From an uncultured delta proteobacterium (lineage in GTDB: Bacteria; Desulfobacterota; Desulfomonilia; Desulfomonilales; Desulfomonilaceae): 64,000 nucleotides of DNA. Positions 60,561 through 64,000 of the stretch are shown piece after piece (positions within the stretch are counted from its first letter, which is position 1; each line of letters begins with the position of its first letter). Under the pieces are notes generated by a model, which made no database searches, had not been told where the DNA came from, and saw only the letters and a list, made by a program, of their open reading frames with translations. Where the stretch lies: NCBI GenBank assembly GCA_963789265.1, contig CAWBKB010000004.1, positions 96,001 to 160,000 of the forward strand, in the 5' to 3' direction. Position numbers and translations under genes: made by a program.

Positions 60561-60893
60561 ATGGGATACTTGCCGTCGGATGATTCAATATTCGCAACCA
60601 AGAGGGCCACAGAGAGGACGCTGTCTCTTATCTTGAAGGGGAAGAACTTCAACTTAGACGATTGTTACGACTTCGCTTGCGTCCTAAAGTGGATGAAGGA
60701 GTCTCACGAAGAACTGTCTCTTTTCCCTGAGGAGCAGGATCGGTTTGCTTTATTTTGCTTGAATTCCTATGCATTTCCTAAGAACCGAGTAAAATGGGGA
60801 TTGCAGATACTTGGGAATGCACTGCAGAAACTAAGATACAGAGAAGAATTAGGTAGTCCATCTTGCCTCCGGAAAGAGCAGACTTATCAGTAG
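60561..60893 (+). CDS. Hypothetical protein
   Basis: SD GGAGGA before ATG 60561. 110 aa, no recognised motif. Confidence 0.55.
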   Translation: MGYLPSDDSIFATKRATERTLSLILKGKNFNLDDCYDFACVLKWMKESHEELSLFPEEQDRFALFCLNSYAFPKNRVKWGLQILGNALQKLRYREELGSPSCLRKEQTYQ

Positions 60894-61100
60894 ATAAGCC
60901 TGTAAGCGTCCGCGCAAGGCGGTCAACGCATCTGTCGAATCGTAATGCGTGCCGGCACCTGGTGCAGACTGGTGGACGGTCCCGCGAGTCGAGCCACAGC
61001 CTGTCGCCGATGGATGGGCAGGATGCCCATCCCCACCCCAAAATTTTCGTCGCCTCCGATCAAAAACGCAATAATCCGTGCATCATACAAAATTCGGCCG

Positions 61101-62646
61101 CTAAAGGAGCTCCTCGGCCAGGCCGGCCAGGGGAGAACGAACGGTGTCTTTGAAATTTACAATACCAACCGTCCGTTGATTTGCCATCTTACTCATTGCA
61201 TAAGCCAAACCGCTGGTCTTGCGATCCAATCTGCGATTCCGATCGATCTGCCCCAGATCTCCAGTGAACACCATCTTGGAATTTGATCCTGCCCTGGTAA
61301 TAATGGTCTTGACCTGGTGAGGGGTCAAATTTTGAGCTTCGTCGATGACTATAAAAGATTTGTGGTAGGTAACTCCCCTAATATAATCAAGTGGTTTGAC
61401 TACGATCTTCTTGTTATCCTGAAGCCTCGCAATTAATTCCCCGTTTTCGGGTCTTACGCTTCCCAAGAATGAAAACGCCTGTGATATGGGTTCCATCCAC
61501 GGAGACATTTTTTCATCGAGCCCTCCGGGCAAGAACCCTATTTCATCTCGATCTTCCAGGTGAATCATGGGGCGTGCGATGACTATGTTAGTGTATTTTT
61601 TTCTCTGTTCCAGCGCGCCGGCAAGGGCTATCAAAGTCTTGCCGGTACCGGCGCCACCCTGCAAGAATACAAGACTGATTTCGGGATCGAGTAGTTGTGC
61701 AAGAGCAACGTACTGTGACCAGTTGTTTCTACTATCTCTCCCGTGGAATTTGTCCTTGTCGGCCCCATTGCCATTGGTTTCGAGCGTAAACGGCCTTAAT
61801 CCAAAGACCTCTATGTTAGATGGAATAATCTTGAAGTGGTCCCCTTTAAAAAGAGCGGCAAATGATTCCTCCCAATCCCCTGCCATCTTGCTCCAGCAAA
61901 CTACTCCCTCATTGTGTTGCACAGGTTCAAGATCCTGAGCGCGGCACTCGCGTTTCTCAAATGTGTCCCCGATTTGAGAAAGGCTTTCCGGCGGGACATG
62001 GACACGTTTGAGGCAACTGTGAAACACAGCGTCCACCTGATTGTAAGGATAATCTTCAGCCCTTATTCCAAGCTCCCTCGCCTGAACTCTCACGATGGTA
62101 TCCCGGGACATCACCAAGACTTCGGTTTTCCCATTAGGATTTACCTGAAGAGAGCGGGCAGTTGCGATGATCTGGTGGTCGGCTTTGTCCTTCTGGAGAT
62201 CGTTCTTGAAGTACTTACGGCCAGGCTTGGGCTCTATTCTAAAAGAATCAGTGTCAGTTTGAGCCAGTTTCTTCTATTCTTCTTATGACTTCCCTTGCAT
62301 CCCAGCCGATATTGGGCTTATTTTTCAATTGGTCCAATTCTTCCAGAACAATCCACGGAACAACAAGCACATTGTCGTCTGTACACAGAATTTCGAGGGA
62401 TTCGGGGTCGTGGACGAGGACGCTCGTGTCCAATACAATTATTTTCTTCTTGTCTCCGGCTTCGCATTCATTCGGCTTTTCCACCTGCCCATTCAGATTT
62501 CTTAAACGTGATCGCTTGGAAAATCGACTTGTGCTATCAGGATGAGTGGCGATAAGCCCTGATCTGTCTCCAAGAATTCCGTTAGGTTGTGATCGAAATC
62601 GATTTCGTTGGGTCGCGCTTCCGCTAAATCTATGTTTAGAATTCAT
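61101..62646 (-). CDS. PIN-PhoH (PhoH2/YlaK-like) protein, +1 frameshift about 62269
   Basis: PIN VLDTSVLVHDP..VLEELDQLK, ADHQII, SRDTIVRV. PhoH GGAGTGKT, IGFLPG, YIRG, IDEAQNLT, TGDLGQID, VRSPLA. Confidence 0.88.
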
Positions 62647-63117
62647 GATTGATGACCTGACGTGCCTCCTTTCAGGTTGTTATCATGGAAGCTTCGAACG
62701 TGAGGCGCAAAGAGAAGGCAAGCAAACTCCAACGTCCGTTCCACTAGCAGAGCAAGCGGTTCTTTCTTCGTTTCAAAACCGGAGTAGCACGTTCACGGAA
62801 GATTTTCAACCCAACCTTTAGAATTATTAGTTAATCTTACGCTAGGTTCACATTATCTTTCGATTAGGTGACAGCCTCAGACAATCGGTTGGCATCGGAT
62901 ATCTGCCCCATTTCCTGCTACATTCCGGGCGGCTCGAAATCCAAGACCGGGGAGCCCCAAGCGTAGCAGGGAATTGTCGAGGAGACAGAGTGTGACCCGT
63001 CGGTGGCGAGTGAGGCGATCGGTTGCACCATTGTTGTTAAATGCTATCTTCAACATTCACTCGGACATGCATCAGTAGCAGCAAAGCGGGCTGTGGGCTA
63101 TGGCATTCGCAGAAACC

Positions 63118-63132
63118 TGGCACGAAGTTTGC
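63118..63132 (+). promoter_or_regulatory. sigma54 -24/-12 promoter
   Basis: TGGCAC-GAAGT-TTGC, 100 nt upstream of ORF 63233. Confidence 0.65.
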
Positions 63133-63232
63133 TGGCAAGATGGGAGCCAGGCTTGGTTCAAACACGACCTGTAAGTAAATACATGATTCTCGGGATTCTT
63201 CCAAGACGAAACTGATTTGAAGGAGTGTTTCC

Positions 63233-63556
63233 ATGGAAAGTGAGCGACCCGGAAAGTCTGCACTCGCCGAGCTTTCGCGTGGCTGGGAGAGCTTGCTTCA
63301 GGCGCAATGTTTGTCCGCGGAATCTGCGTATCGCATCCGTAAACTCCTCGACCGTGCCTTGCCGCTTGCCGACAAAACGTTTCTTAAGACCATCAGGGGA
63401 CGTGAGATGATACTGCAATGCACGGAACAGACGCGGCTCCTCCACATTGAATTGGAATCGCGAGGTGAACGACTTTATGAAGTCCTGACTGACCTGGAAA
63501 AGACTTACGAAGATCTTCTCAAGAAGGCTTACGAGTTTCGCATCAAAGCGGGGTAA
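63233..63556 (+). CDS. Hypothetical helical protein
   Basis: SD AAGGAG, 107 aa, upstream sigma54 motif. Confidence 0.7.
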   Translation: MESERPGKSALAELSRGWESLLQAQCLSAESAYRIRKLLDRALPLADKTFLKTIRGREMILQCTEQTRLLHIELESRGERLYEVLTDLEKTYEDLLKKAYEFRIKAG

Positions 63557-63587
63557 AGAGAACTTTGCCGGGCAATTCGACGTGTAA

Positions 63588-63797
63588 TTCCAATTGGTGT
63601 TCAAGCAAGTGAAACCGCTCTGGTAGGGGCGGGTTTCAAAATCGCCCCTACATGTCGTCATGCCCGTGGACGCGGACATCCATTGTAGGGGCACCTCTCG
63701 TGGGTGCCCGCAGGAGGGCAGACACAATCCCGCGTCGCGTGGGACTGCTCCACCATATCCTGTCTGGGATTGTAACTTGTTTGACGGCGAATTGGTG
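63588..63797. mobile_element. MITE, copy 3 (degenerate) of the 27-bp TIR family, with GTAG-type REP cargo
   Basis: Ends TTCCAATTGGTGTTCAAGCAAGTGAAA / TGTAACTTGTTTGACGGCGAATTGGTG. Internal GTAGGGGCG..CGCCCCTAC and GTAGGGGCACC..GGTGCCC. About 65 bp subterminal similarity to 60132-60200 (inverted). Confidence 0.68.
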
Positions 63798-64000
63798 TCA
63801 GCTCATAAACTGGCTTACCTGGCCGACTCGACCTTGCTTGTCAAGCCGTCGGCAGACTGGTAACCTGAAAGTACGCGCCTACCCAGGCTGTCTCCACAGT
63901 ACGCCCGTGAGGATTGGTCTGTGAATCGATCCCCGCATTCCCGGCACTACCCGAGCAAACCGTGAAAGGAGCCAAGATTGCCACAAGACGATTCACTTCT

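Noticed and set aside
60123..63797. Composite transposon carrying phoH between inverted repeats
   Set aside because: Each flank is a complete MITE with its own two ends, the copies are diverged, there is no transposase, and no shared target duplication is seen.

Overview
This 64-kb window looks like a sulfate-reducer-type Desulfobacterota genome. Desulfomonile-like affinity is inferred from gene content and a lineage-typical small 'DIRSGMTD..L..KYGL' protein. Left to right it holds: (1) a sigma54-controlled 3-hydroxybutyrate-dehydrogenase-like SDR plus ABC solute-binding gene, with a divergent PAS/AAA+ activator; (2) a fused TIGR04282/TIGR04283 glycosyltransferase with an apparent ATA start, an epimerase and tatC; (3) two unlisted membrane microproteins and three tandem ankyrin genes; (4) a decayed TauE gene, small secreted proteins and a PEP-utilising enzyme; (5) a DUF202 protein with about 40 heptad repeats, an unlisted 6-Cys secreted peptide, kup and a hidden selenocysteine rhodanese; (6) an island-like block ending at tRNA-Ala(CGC), containing a TA pair, ABC exporter, GH13, GT-C-like protein, an IR-flanked RAYT transposase and a possible integrase remnant; (7) a MarR-led operon of a non-canonical SdhA-like flavoprotein, a 2Fe-2S/ATC-hydrolase fusion, cysteine desulfidase and an M20 amidohydrolase, which is the best candidate for an undescribed thiazolidine/thiazoline-to-cysteine catabolic pathway; (8) an uncharacterised HTH-like protein plus P-loop ATPase; (9) Sec-formate dehydrogenase, and a tungsten-family AOR divergent from the Mo-aldehyde oxidoreductase (DVU1553-1559-type) operon; (10) PIN-PhoH. 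Intergenic DNA holds many REP hairpins nested inside MITE-like inverted ends. At least eight frameshift sites outside the TauE gene are all repaired by deleting extra bases and are probably sequencing artefacts. All product calls come from motif recognition, not database searches.
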